Shown here one piece after another: positions 15,001 to 30,000 of a stretch of 64,000 bases of DNA. Position 1 is the stretch's first letter. The number at the start of each line of letters is the position of its first letter. Source of the DNA: Lingula anatina (taxonomy: Eukaryota > Animalia > Brachiopoda). The translations under genes and the position numbers were made by a program. Under the pieces are notes generated by a model. That model saw only the letters and a program-made list of their open reading frames with translations, was not told where the DNA came from and searched no databases. The stretch spans positions 33,065,967 to 33,129,966 of the forward strand of contig CM120640.1 in NCBI GenBank assembly GCA_051362555.1, written 5' to 3'.

Positions 15001-18000
15001 TCTTATTTCTTTTTACAGGACATGGAAGATGACTAGTGCTTACCATCAAACATAGACTACTCTACGGATCAACAATTTATGGTTAGTAAATTTTATTTTT
15101 TTGGAGGGGATAGAAAATTTTTTACAAAATCTAATGTAGTTTTATTTCTTTTTATGGGATATAGAATATGATAAGTAACATTACCTATACATTTACTTCA
15201 CATGTCGATATAAGTTGAGGTTAATAAACTCTTTCTTTTGTTTGGGGGGGGGGGGGGTGAAGACGGGGGGCGGTGGACGGGGGGGGGGGGGAAGTAAGTA
15301 AATAGCAAAAAGATCTAATCTCTTTCTTATTTCTTTTTACAGGACATAGAAGATGACAAGTACCTACCATCGGACATAGACTATTCTTTGGATCAACAAT
15401 TTAAGGTTAGTAAATTTTATATTTTGGAGAGGATAAAAATTTTTTTACAAAATCTGATTTAGTTTTATTTCATTTTACAGGACATAGAAGATGATGAGGA
15501 ACTCTAGAAGATGACACAAGTGTGTACCACCGAACATAGACTACTCTTCGGATCAACAATTTAAGGTTAGAAAATTTTATTTTTTTGGAGTTGATAGAAA
15601 AATTGCAAAAATTCTAATCTAGTTTTATTTCTTTTTACTGGACATAGATGATGATTAGCAACTCTACCTAGACATTGACTTCACACGTCTATATAAGTTA
15701 AGGTTAATAAACTTTTTTTTTGTTTGGGGGGGGGGGGAGACATAGGTATTTGCAAAAAGATCTAATCTCTTTCTTATTTCTTTTTACAGGACATGGAAGA
15801 TGACTAGTGCCTACCATCAAACATAGACTACTCTACGGATCAACAATTTATGGTTAGTAAATTTCATTTTTTGGAGTGGATAGAAAAATTGAAAAAAATC
15901 TATTCTAGTTTTATTTCTTATTACTGGACAAAGAATATAATTAGTAACTCTACCCAGACATTGACTGCACACTTCTATATAAGTTACGGTTAATAAACTT
16001 TATTATTTCTTTTGGGGGGGTGGGGGGTGGGGGGCGCTGGGGACTGGGGGATGTAGGTAAATTGCAAAAAGAGCTAATCTCATTCTTATTTCTTTTTACA
16101 GGACATAGAAGATGACAAGTTCCTACCATCAAACATAGACTACTCTTTGGATCAACAATTTATGGTAAGTAAATTTCATTTTTTTGAAGGGGATAAAAAA
16201 ATTGAAAAAAAAATCTATTCTAGTTTTATTTCTTATTACTGGACAAAGAATATAATGAGTAAGTCTACCCAGACATTGACTTCACACTTCTATATAAGTT
16301 AAGATTAATAAACTTTATTAATTCTTTTTGGGGGGGGGGAGGGGGGCGCAGGGGACTGGGGGATGTAGGCAAATTGCAAAAAGATCTAATCTCATTCTTA
16401 TTTCTTTTTACAGGACATAGAAGATGACTAGTGCCTACCATCAAACATAGACTACTCTACAGATCAACAATTTATGGTTAGTAAATTTCATTTTTTGGAG
16501 TGTTTAGAAAAATTGAAAAAAATCTATTCTAGTTTTATTTCTTATTACTGGACAAAGAATATAATTAGTAACTCTACCCAGACATTGACTGCACACGTCT
16601 ATATAAGTTACGGTTAATAAACTTTATTATTTCTTTTGGGGGGGTGGGGGGTGGGGGGCGCTGGGGACTGGGGGATGTAGGTAAATTGCAAAAAGAGCTA
16701 ATCTCATTCTTATTTCTTTTTACAGGACATAGAAGATGACAAGTTCCTACCATCAAACATAGACTACTCTTTGGATCAACAATTTATGGTTAGTAAATTT
16801 CATTTTTTTGAAGGGGATAAAAAAATTGAAAAAAAAATCTATTCTAGTTTTATTTCTTATTACTGGACAAAGAATATAATGAGTAAGTCTACCCAGACAT
16901 TGACTTCACACGTCTATATAAGTTAAGATTAATAAACTTTATTAATTCTTTTGGGGGGGGTGCAGGGGACTCGGGGATGTAAGCAAATTGCAAAAAGATC
17001 TAATCTCATTCTTATTTCTTTTTACAGGACATAGAAGATGACTAGTGCCTACCATCAAACATAGACTACTCTACGGATCAACAATTTATGGTTAGTAAAT
17101 TTTAGTTTTTTGGAGTGGATAGAAAAATTGAAAAAAATCTATTCTAGTTTTATTTCTTATTACTGGACAAAGAATATAATGAGTAACTCTACCCAGACAT
17201 TGACTGCACACGTCTAGACAGGTTAATAAACTTTCTTTTTTTTGTTGAGGGGGGGGGGGTGAGGACGGGGGGGCGGTGGACAGGGGGGGGGATGTAGGTA
17301 AATAGCAAAAAGATCTAATCTCTTTCTTATTTCTTTTTACAGGACATAGAAGATGACAAGTACCTACCATTGGGCATAGACTATTCTTCGGATCAACAAT
17401 TTAAGGTTAGCAAATTTTATATTTTGGAGAGGATAAAAAATTTTTTACAAAATCTGATCTAGTTTTATTTCATTTTACAGGACATAGAAGATGATGAGGA
17501 ACTCTAGAAGATGACAAGTGTCTACCACCGAACATAGACTACTCTTCGGATCAACAATTTAAGGTTAGAAAATTTTATTTTTTTGGAGTTGATAGAAAAA
17601 TTGCAAAAATTCTAATCTAGTTTTATTTCTTTTTACTGGACATAGATGATTAGCAACTCTACCTAGACATTGACTTCACACATCTATATAAGTTAAGGTT
17701 AATAAACTTTTTTTTTGTTTGGGGGGGGGGGAGACATAGGTAAATTGCAAAAAGATCTAATCTCTTTCTTATTTCTTTTTACAGGACATGGAAGATGACA
17801 AGTGCCTACCATGGAACATAGACTACTCTTCGGATCAACAATTTATGGTTAGTAAATTTTATTTTTTTGGAGGGGATAAAAAAATTGAAAAAAATCTATT
17901 CTAGTTTAATTTCTTATAACTGGACAAAGAATATAATGAGTAACTCTACCCAGACATTGACTTCACACATCTATATAAGTTAAGATTAATAAACTTTATT

Positions 18001-21000
18001 AATTCTTTTTTTTTTGGGGGGGGGGGGCGCAGGGGAATGGGGGATGTAGGCAAATTGCAAAAAGATCTTATCTCATTCTTATTTCTTTTTACAGGACATG
18101 GAAGATGACTAGTGCTTACCATCAAACATAGACTACTCTACGGATCAACAATTTATGGTTAGTAAATTTCATTTTTTTGTAGTGGATAGAAAAATTGAAA
18201 AAAATCTATTCTAGTTTTATTTCTTATTACTGGACAAAAGAAAAATTATTAACTCTACCCAGACATTGACTGCACACTTCTATATAAGTTACGGTTAATA
18301 AACTTTATTATTTCTTTTGGGGGGGTGGGGGGTGGGGGGCGCTGGGGACTGGGGGATGTAGGTAAATTGCAAAAAGAGCTAATCTCATTCTTATTTCTTT
18401 TAACAGGACATAGAAGATGACAAGTTCCTACCATCAAACATAGACTACTCTTTGGATCAACAATTTATGGTTAGTAAATTTCATTTTTTTGAAGCGGATA
18501 AAAAAATTGAAAAAAAAATCTATTCTAGTTTTATTTCTTATTACTGGACAAAGAATATAATGAGTAAGTCTACCCAGACATTGACTTCACACTTCTATAT
18601 AAGTTAAGATTAATAAACTTTATTAATTCTTTTGGGGGGGGGGGGGAGGGGGGCGCAGGGGACTGGGGGATGTAGGCAAATTGCAAAAAGATCTAATCTC
18701 ATTCTTATTTCTTTTTACAGGACATAGAAGATGACTAGTGCCTACCATCAAACATAGACTACTCTACAGATCAACAATTTATGGTTAGTAAATTTCATTT
18801 TTTGGAGTGGATAGAAAAATTGAAAAAAATCTATTCTAGTTTTATTTCTTATTACTGGACAAAGAATATAATTAGTAACTCTACCCAGACATTGACTGCA
18901 CACGTCTATATAAGTTACGGTTAATAAACTTTATTATTTCTTTTGGGGGGGTGGGGGGTGGGGGGCGCTGGGGACTGGGGGATGTAGGTAAATTGCAAAA
19001 AGATCTAATCTCATTCTTATTTCTTTTTACAGGACATAGAAGATGACAAGTTCCTACCATCAAACATAGACTACTCTTTGGATCAACAATTTATGGTTAG
19101 TAAATTTCATTTTTTTGAAGGGGATAAAAAAATTGAAAAAAAAATCTATTCTAGTTTTATTTCTTATTACTGGACAAAGAATATAATGAGTAAGTCTACC
19201 CAGACATTGACTTCACACGTCTATATAAGTTAAGATTAATAAACTTTATTAATTCTTTTGGGGGGGGGGGGTGCAGGGGACTCGGGGATGTAGGCAAATT
19301 GCAAAAAGATCTAATCTCATTCTTATTTCTTTTTACAGGACATAGAAGATGACTAGTGCCTACCATCAAACATAGACTACTCTACGGATCAACAATTTAT
19401 GGTTAGTAAATTTTAGTTTTTTGGAGTGGATAGAAAAATTGAAAAAAATCTATTCTAGTTTTATTTCTTATTACTGGACAAAGAATATAATGAGTAACTC
19501 TACCCAGACATTGACTGCACACGTCTAGACAGGTTAATAAACTTTCTTTTTTTTGTTGAGGGGGGGGGGGTGAGGACGGGGGGGCGGTGGACAGGGGGGG
19601 GGATGTAGGTAAATAGCAAAAAGATCTAATCTCTTTCTTATTTCTTTTTACAGGACATAGAAGATGACAAGTACCTACCATTGGGCATAGACTATTCTTC
19701 GGATCAACAATTTAAGGTTAGCAAATTTTATATTTTGGAGAGGATAAAAAATTTTTTACAAAATCTGATCTAGTTTTATTTCATTTTACAGGACATAGAA
19801 GATGATGAGGAACTCTAGAAGATGACAAGTGTCTACCACCGAACATAGACTACTCTTCGGATCAACAATTTAAGGTTAGAAAATTTTATTTTTTTGGAGT
19901 TGATAGAAAAATTGCAAAAATTCTAATCTAGTTTTATTTCTTTTTACTGGACATAGATGATTAGCAACTCTACCTAGACATTGACTTCACACATCTATAT
20001 AAGTTAAGGTTAATAAACTTTTTTTTTGTTTGGGGGGGGGGGAGACATAGGTAAATTGCAAAAAGATCTAATCTCTTTCTTATTTCTTTTTACAGGACAT
20101 GGAAGATGACAAGTGCCTACCATGGAACATAGACTACTCTTCGGATCAACAATTTATGGTTAGTAAATTTTATTTTTTTGGAGGGGATAAAAAAATTGAA
20201 AAAAATCTATTCTAGTTTAATTTCTTATAACTGGACAAAGAATATAATGAGTAACTCTACCCAGACATTGACTTCACACGTCTATATAAGTTAAGATTAA
20301 TAAACTTTATTAATTCTTTTTTTTTTGGGGGGGGGGGGGCGCAGGGGAATGGGGGATGTAGGCAAATTGCAAAAAGATCTTATCTCATTCTTATTTCTTT
20401 TTACAGGACATGGAAGATGACTAGTGCTTACCATCAAACATAGACTACTCTACGGATCAACAATTTATGGTTAGTAAATTTCATTTTTTTGTAGTGGATA
20501 GAAAAATTGAAAAAAATCTATTCTAGTTTTATTTCTTATTACTGGACAAAAGAAAAATTATTAACTCTACCCAGACATTGACTGCACACTTCTATATAAG
20601 TTACGGTTAATAAACTTTATTATTTCTTTTGGGGGGGTGGGGGGTGGGGGGCGCTGGGGACTGGGGGATGTAGGTAAATTGCAAAAAGAGCTAATCTCAT
20701 TCTTATTTCTTTTAACAGGACATAGAAGATGACAAGTTCCTACCATCAAACATAGACTACTCTTTGGATCAACAATTTATGGTTAGTAAATTTCATTTTT
20801 TTGAAGCGGATAAAAAAATTGAAAAAAAAATCTATTCTAGTTTTATTTCTTATTACTGGACAAAGAATATAATGAGTAAGTCTACCCAGACATTGACTTC
20901 ACACTTCTATATAAGTTAAGATTAATAAACTTTATTAATTCTTTGGGGGGGGGGGGAGGGGGGCGCAGGGGACTGGGGGATGTAGGCAAATTGCAAAAAG

Positions 21001-24000
21001 ATCTAATCTCATTCTTATTTCTTTTTACAGGACATAGAAGATGACTAGTGCCTACCATCAAACATAGACTACTCTACAGATCAACAATTTATGGTTAGTA
21101 AATTTCATTTTTTGGAGTGGATAGAAAAATTGAAAAAAATCTATTCTAGTTTTATTTCTTATTACTGGACAAAGAATATAATTAGTAACTCTACCCAGAC
21201 ATTGACTGCACACGTCTATATAAGTTACGGTTAATAAACTTTATTATTTCTTTTGGGGGGGTGGGGGGTGGGGGGCGCTGGGGACTGGGGGATGTAGGTA
21301 AATTGCAAAAAGATCTAATCTCATTCTTATTTCTTTTTACAGGACATAGAAGATGACAAGTTCCTACCATCAAACATAGACTACTCTTTGGATCAACAAT
21401 TTATGGTTAGTAAATTTCATTTTTTTGAAGGGGATAAAAAAATTGAAAAAAAAATCTATTCTAGTTTTATTTCTTATTACTGGACAAAGAATATAATGAG
21501 TAAGTCTACCCAGACATTGACTTCACACGTCTATATAAGTTAAGATTAATAAACTTTATTAATTCTTTTGGGGGGGGGGGGGGGTGCAGGGGACTCGGGG
21601 ATGTAGGCAAATTGCAAAAAGATCTAATCTCATTCTTATTTCTTTTTACAGGACATAGAAGATGACTAGTGCCTACCATCAAACATAGACTACTCTACGG
21701 ATCAACAATTTATGGTTAGTAAATTTTAGTTTTTTGGAGTGGATAGAAAAATTGAAAAAAATCTATTCTAGTTTTATTTCTTATTACTGGACAAAGAATA
21801 TAATGAGTAACTCTACCCAGACATTGACTGCACACCTCTATATAAGTTAAGGTTAATAAACTTTATTATTTCTTTTTGGGTGGGGGTGCGCAGGAGACTG
21901 GGGGATGTAGTTAAATTTAAAAAGATCTAATATCATTCTTATTTCTTTTTACAGGACATGGAAGATGACAATTGCCTACCATCGAACATAGACCACTCTT
22001 CGGATCATCAATTTTATGGTTAGTAAATTTTATTTTTTTGGAGGGGATAAAAAAATTGAAAAAAATCTATTCTAGTTTTATTTCTTATTACTGGACAAAA
22101 ATATAATGAGTAACTCTACCCAGACATTGACTTCACACGTCTATATAAGTTAAGATTAATAAACTATTAATTCTTTTGGGGGGGGGGGGGGGGGGGCGGC
22201 ACAGGGGACTGGGGGATGTAGGCAAATTGCAAAAAGATCTAATCTCATTCTTATTTCTTTTTACAGGACATGGAAGATTACTAGTGCTTACCATCAAACA
22301 TAGACTACTCTACGGATCAACAATTTATGGTTAGTAAATTTTATTTTTTTGGAGGGGATAGAAAATTTTTTACAAAATCTAATGTAGTTTTATTTCTTTT
22401 TATGGGATATAGAATATGATAAGTAACATTACCTATACATTTACTTCACATGTCGATATAAGTTGAGGTTAATAAACTCTTTCTTTTGTTTGGGGGGGGG
22501 GGGGTGAAGACGGGGGGCGGTGGACGGGGGGGGGGGGGAAGTAAGTAAATAGCAAAAAGATCTAATCTCTTTCTTATTTCTTTTTACAGGACATAGAAGA
22601 TGACAAGTACCTACCATCGGACATAGACTATTCTTTGGATCAACAATTTAAGGTTAGTAAATTTTATATTTTGGAGAGGATAAAAATTTTTTTACAAAAT
22701 CTGATTTAGTTTTATTTCATTTTACAGGACATAGAAGATGATGAGGAACTCTAGAAGATGACACAAGTGTGTACCACCGAACATAGACTACTCTTCGGAT
22801 CAACAATTTAAGGTTAGAAAATTTTATTTTTTTGGAGTTGATAGAAAAATTGCAAAAATTCTAATCTAGTTTTATTTCTTTTTACTGGACATAGATGATG
22901 ATTAGCAACTCTACCTAGACATTGACTTCACACGTCTATATAAGTTAAGGTTAATAAACTTTTTTTTTGTTTGGGGGGGGGGGAGACATAGGTATTTGCA
23001 AAAAGATCTAATCTCTTTCTTATTTCTTTTTACAGGACATGGAAGATGACTAGTGCCTACCATCAAACATAGACTACTCTACGGATCAACAATTTATGGT
23101 TAGTAAATTTCATTTTTTGGAGTGGATAGAAAAATTGAAAAAAATCTATTCTAGTTTTATTTCTTATTACTGGACAAAGAATATAATTAGTAACTCTACC
23201 CAGACATTGACTGCACACTTCTATATAAGTTACGGTTAATAAACTTTATTATTTCTTTTGGGGGGGTGGGGGGTGGGGGGCGCTGGGGACTGGGGGATGT
23301 AGGTAAATTGCAAAAAGAGCTAATCTCATTCTTATTTCTTTTTACAGGACATAGAAGATGACAAGTTCCTACCATCAAACATAGACTACTCTTTGGATCA
23401 ACAATTTATGGTTAGTAAATTTCATTTTTTTGAAGGGGATAAAAAAATTGAAAAAAAAATCTATTCTAGTTTTATTTCTTATTACTGGACAAAGAATATA
23501 ATGAGTAAGTCTACCCAGACATTGACTTCACACGTCTATATAAGTTAAGATTAATAAACTTTATTAATTCTTTTGGGGGGGGGGGTGCAGGGGACTCGGG
23601 GATGTAGGCAAATTGCAAAAAGATCTAATCTCATTCTTATTTCTTTTTACAGGACATAGAAGATGACTAGTGCCTACCATCAAACATAGACTACTCTACG
23701 GATCAACAATTTATGGTTAGTAAATTTTAGTTTTTTGGAGTGGATAGAAAAATTGAAAAAAATCTATTCTAGTTTTATTTCTTATTACTGGACAAAGAAT
23801 ATAATGAGTAACTCTACCCAGACATTGACTGCACACGTCTAGACAGGTTAATAAACTTTCTTTTTTTTGTTGAGGGGGGGGGGGTGAGGACGGGGGGGCG
23901 GTGGACAGGGGGGGGGATGTAGGTAAATAGCAAAAAGATCTAATCTCTTTCTTATTTCTTTTTACAGGACATAGAAGATGACAAGTACCTACCATTGGGC

Positions 24001-27000
24001 ATAGACTATTCTTCGGATCAACAATTTAAGGTTAGCAAATTTTATATTTTGGAGAGGATAAAAAATTTTTTACAAAATCTGATCTAGTTTTATTTCATTT
24101 TACAGGACATAGAAGATGATGAGGAACTCTAGAAGATGACAAGTGTCTACCACCGAACATAGACTACTCTTCGGATCAACAATTTAAGTTTAGAAAATTT
24201 TATTTTTTTGGAGTTGATAGAAAAATTGCAAAAATTCTAATCTAGTTTTATTTCTTTTTACTGGACATAGATGATTAGCAACTCTACCTAGACATTGACT
24301 TCACACATCTATATAAGTTAAGGTTAATAAACTTTTTTTTTGTTTGGGGGGGGGGAGACATAGGTAAATTGCAAAAAGATCTAATCTCTTTCTTATTTCT
24401 TTTTACAGGACATGGAAGATGACAAGTGCCTACCATGGAACATAGACTACTCTTCGGATCAACAATTTATGGTTAGTAAATTTTATTTTTTTGGAGGGGA
24501 TAAAAAAATTGAAAAAAATCTATTCTAGTTTAATTTCTTATAACTGGACAAAGAATATAATGAGTAACTCTACCCAGACATTGACTTCACACGTCTATAT
24601 AAGTTAAGATTAATAAACTTTATTAATTCTTTTTTTTTTGGGGGGGGGGGGGCGCAGGGGAATGGGGGATGTAGGCAAATTGCAAAAAGATCTTATCTCA
24701 TTCTTATTTCTTTTTACAGGACATGGAAGATGACTAGTGCTTACCATCAAACATAGACTACTCTACGGATCAACAATTTATGGTTAGTAAATTTCATTTT
24801 TTTGTAGTGGATAGAAAAATTGAAAAAAATCTATTCTAGTTTTATTTCTTATTACTGGACAAAAGAAAAATTATTAACTCTACCCAGACATTGACTGCAC
24901 ACTTCTATATAAGTTACGGTTAATAAACTTTATTATTTCTTTTGGGGGGGTGGGGGGTGGGGGGCGCTGGGGACTGGGGGATGTAGGTAAATTGCAAAAA
25001 GAGCTAATCTCATTCTTATTTCTTTTTACAGGACATAGAAGATGACAAGTTCCTACCATCAAACATAGACTACTCTTTGGATCAACAATTTATGGTTAGT
25101 AAATTTCATTCTTTTGAAGCGGATAAAAAAATTGAAAAAAAAATCTATTCTAGTTTTATTTCTTATTACTGGACAAAGAATATAATGAGTAAGTCTACCC
25201 AGACATTGACTGCACACTTCTATATAAGTTAAGATTAATATACTTTATTAATTCTTTTGGGGGGGGGGGGGAGGGGGGCGCAGGGGACTGGGGGATGTAG
25301 GCAAATTGCAAAAAGATCTAATCTCATTCTTATTTCTTTTTACAGGACATAGAAGATGACTAGTGCCTACCATCAAACATAGACTACTCTACAGATCAAC
25401 AATTTATGGTTAGTAAATTTCATTTTTTGGAGTGGATAGAAAAATTGAAAAAAATCTATTCTAGTTTTATTTCTTATTACTGGACAAAGAATATAATTAG
25501 TAACTCTACCCAGACATTGACTGCACACGTCTATATAAGTTACGGTTAATAAACTTTATTATTTCTTTTGGGGGGGTGGGGGGTGGGGGGCGCTGGGGAC
25601 TGGGGGATGTAGGTAAATTGCAAAAAGAGCTAATCTCATTCTTATTTCTTTTTACAGGACATAGAAGATGACAAGTTCCTACCATCAAACATAGACTACT
25701 CTTTGGATCAACAATTTATGGTTAGTAAATTTCATTTTTTTGAAGGGGATAAAAAAATTGAAAAAAAAATCTATTCTAGTTTTATTTCTTATTACTGGAC
25801 AAAGAATATAATGAGTAAGTCTACCCAGACATTGACTTCACACGTCTATATAAGTTAAGATTAATAAACTTTATTAATTCTTTTGGGGGGGGGGGGGTGC
25901 AGGGGACTCGGGGATGTAGGCAAATTGCAAAAAGATCTAATCTCATTCTTATTTCTTTTTACAGGACATAGAAGATGACTAGTGCCTACCATCAAACATA
26001 GACTACTCTACGGATCAACAATTTATGGTTAGTAAATTTTAGTTTTTTGGAGTGGATAGAAAAATTGAAAAAAATCTATTCTAGTTTTATTTCTTATTAC
26101 TGGACAAAGAATATAATGAGTAACTCTACCCAGACATTGACTGCACACCTCTATATAAGTTAAGGTTAATAAACTTTATTATTTCTTTTTGGGTGGGGGT
26201 GCGCAGGAGACTGGGGGATGTAGTTAAATTTAAAAAGATCTAATATCATTCTTATTTCTTTTTACAGGACATGGAAGATGACAATTGCCTACCATCGAAC
26301 ATAGACCACTCTTCGGATCATCAATTTTAGGTTAGTAAATTTTATTTTTTTGGAGGGGATAGAAAAATTTTTACAAAATCTAATGTAGTTTTATTTCTTT
26401 TTATGGGACATAGAATATGATAAGTAACATTACCTAGACATTGACTTCACATGTCGATATAAGCTGAGGTTAATAAACCTTCTTTTTTTTGTTGGGGGGG
26501 GGGGGTGAGGACGGGGGGCGGTGGACGGGGGGGGGGGGGGGGATGTAGGTAAATAGCAAAAAGATCTAATCTCTTTCTTATTTCTTTTTACAGGACATAG
26601 AAGATGACAAGTACCTACCATTGGACATAGACTATTCTTCGGATCAACAATTTAAGGTTAGTAAATTTTATTTTTTGGAGGGGATAAAAATTTTTTTACA
26701 AAATCTGATCTAGTTTTATTTCTTTTTACAGGACATAGAAGATGATGAGGAACTCTAGAAGATGACACAAGTGTGTACCACCGAACATAGACTACTCTTC
26801 GGATCAACAATTTAAGGTTAGAAAATTTTATTTTTTTGGAGTTGATAGAAAAATTGCAAAAATTCTAATCTAGTTTTATTTCTTTTTACTGGACATAGAT
26901 GATGATTAGCAACTCTACCTAGACATTGACTTCACACGTCTATATAAGTTAAGGTTAATAAACTTTTTTTTTGTTTGGGTGGGGGGAGACATAGGTAAAT

Positions 27001-30000
27001 TGCAAAAAGATCTAATCTCTTTCTTATTTCTTTTTACAGGACATGGAAGATGACAAGTGCCTACCATGGAACATAGACTACTCTTTGGATCAACAATTTA
27101 TGGTTAGTAAATTTTATTTTTTTGGAGGGGATAAAAAAATTGAAAAAAATCTATTCTAGTTTTATTTCTTATTACTGGACAAAAATATAATGAGTAACTC
27201 TACCCAGACATTGACTTCACACGTCTATATAAGTTAAGATTAATAAACTATTAATTCTTTTGGGGGGGGGGCGGCACAGGGGACTGGGGGATGTAGGCAA
27301 ATTGCAAAAAGATCTAATCTCATTCTTATTTCTTTTTACAGGACATGGAAGATGACTAGTGCTTACCATCAAACATAGACTACTCTACGGATCAACAATT
27401 TATGGTTAGTAAATTTTATTTTTTTGGAGGGGATAGAAAATTTTTTACAAAATCTAATGTAGTTTTATTTCTTTTTATGGGATATAGAATATGATAAGTA
27501 ACATTACCTATACATTTACTTCACATGTCGATATAAGTTGAGGTTAATAAACTCTTTCTTTTGTTTGGGGGGGGGGGGGTGAAGACGGGGGGCGGTGGAC
27601 GGGGGGGGGGGGAAGTAAGTAAATAGCAAAAAGATCTAATCTCTTTCTTATTTCTTTTTACAGGACATAGAAGATGACAAGTACCTACCATCGGACATAG
27701 ACTATTCTTCGGATCAACAATTTAAGGTTAGTAAATTTTATATTTTGGAGAGGATAAAAAATTTTTTACAAAATCTGATTTAGTTTTATTTCATTTTACA
27801 GGACATAGAAGATGATGAGGAACTCTAGAAGATGACACAAGTGTGTACCACCGAACATAGACTACTCTTCGGATCAACAATTTAAGGTTAGAAAATTTTA
27901 TTTTTTTGGAGTTGATAGAAAAATTGCAAAAATTCTAATCTAGTTTTATTTCTTTTTACTGGACATAGATGATGATTAGCAACTCTACCTAGACATTGAC
28001 TTCACACGTCTATATAAGTTAAGGTTAATAAACTTTTTTTTTGTTTGGGGGGGGGGGGAGACATAGGTATTTGCAAAAAGATCTAATCTCTTTCTTATTT
28101 CTTTTTACAGGACATGGAAGATGACTAGTGCCTACCATCAAACATAGACTACTCTACGGATCAACAATTTATGGTTAGTAAATTTCATTTTTTGGAGTGG
28201 ATAGAAAAATTGAAAAAAATCTATTCTAGTTTTATTTCTTATTACTGGACAAAGAATATAATTAGTAACTCTACCCAGACATTGACTGCACACTTCTATA
28301 TAAGTTAAGATTAATAAACTTTATTAATTCTTTTGGGGGGGGGGAGGGGGGCGCAGGGGACTGGGGGATGTAGGCAAATTGCAAAAAGATCTAATCTCAT
28401 TCTTATTTCTTTTTACAGGACATAGAAGATGACTAGTGCCTACCATCAAACATAGACTACTCTACAGATCAACAATTTATGGTTAGTAAATTTCATTTTT
28501 TGGAGTGGATAGAAAAATTGAAAAAAATCTATTCTAGTTTTATTTCTTATTACTGGACAAAGAATATAATTAGTAACTCTACCCAGACATTGACTGCACA
28601 CGTCTATATAAGTTACGGTTAATAAACTTTATTATTTCTTTTGGGGGGGTGGGGGGTGGGGGGCGCTGGGGACTGGGGGATGTAGGTAAATTGCAAAAAG
28701 AGCTAATCTCATTCTTATTTCTTTTTACAGGACATAGAAGATGACAAGTTCCTACCATCAAACATAGACTACTCTTTGGATCAACAATTTATGGTTAGTA
28801 AATTTCATTTTTTTGAAGGGGATAAAAAAATTGAAAAAAAAATCTATTCTAGTTTTATTTCTTATTACTGGACAAAGAATATAATGAGTAAGTCTACCCA
28901 GACATTGACTTCACACGTCTATATAAGTTAAGATTAATAAACTTTATTAATTCTTTTGGGGGGGGGGGTGCAGGGGACTCGGGGATGTAGGCAAATTGCA
29001 AAAAGATCTAATCTCATTCTTATTTCTTTTTACAGGACATAGAAGATGACTAGTGCCTACCATCAAACATAGACTACTCTACGGATCAACAATTTATGGT
29101 TAGTAAATTTTAGTTTTTTGGAGTGGATAGAAAAATTGAAAAAAATCTATTCTAGTTTTATTTCTTATTACTGGACAAAGAATATAATGAGTAACTCTAC
29201 CCAGACATTGACTGCACACGTCTATATAAGTTAAGGTTAATAAACTTTATTATTTCTTTTTGGGTGGGGGTGCGCAGGAGACTGGGGGATGTAGTTAAAT
29301 TTAAAAAGATCTAATATCATTCTTATTTCTTTTTACAGGACATGGAAGATGACAATTGCCTACCATCGAACATAGACCACTCTTCGGATCATCAATTTTA
29401 GGTTAGTAAATTTTATTTTTTTGGAGGGGATAGAAAAATTTTTACAAAATCTAATGTAGTTTTATTTCTTTTTATGGGACATAGAATATGATAAGTAACA
29501 TTACCTAGACATTGACTTCACATGTCGATATAAGCTGAGGTTAATAAACCTTCTTTTTTTTGTTGGGGGGGGGGGGGTGAGGACGGGGGGCGGTGGACGG
29601 GGGGGGGGGGGGGGATGTAGGTAAATAGCAAAAAGATCTAATCTCTTTCTTATTTCTTTTAACAGGACGTAGAAGATGACAAGTACCTACCATTGGACAT
29701 AGACTATTCTTCGGATCAACAATTTAAGGTTAGTAAATTTTATTTTTTGGAGGGGATAAAAATTTTTTTACAAAATCTGATCTAGTTTTATTTCTTTTTA
29801 CAGGACATAGAAGATGATGAGGAACTCTAGAAGATGACACAAGTGTGTACCACCGAACATAGACTACTCTTCGGATCAACAATTTAAGGTTAGAAAATTT
29901 TATTTTTTTGGAGTTGATAGAAAAATTGCAAAAATTCTAATCTAGTTTTATTTCTTTTTACTGGACATAGATGATGATTAGCAACTCTACCTAGACATTG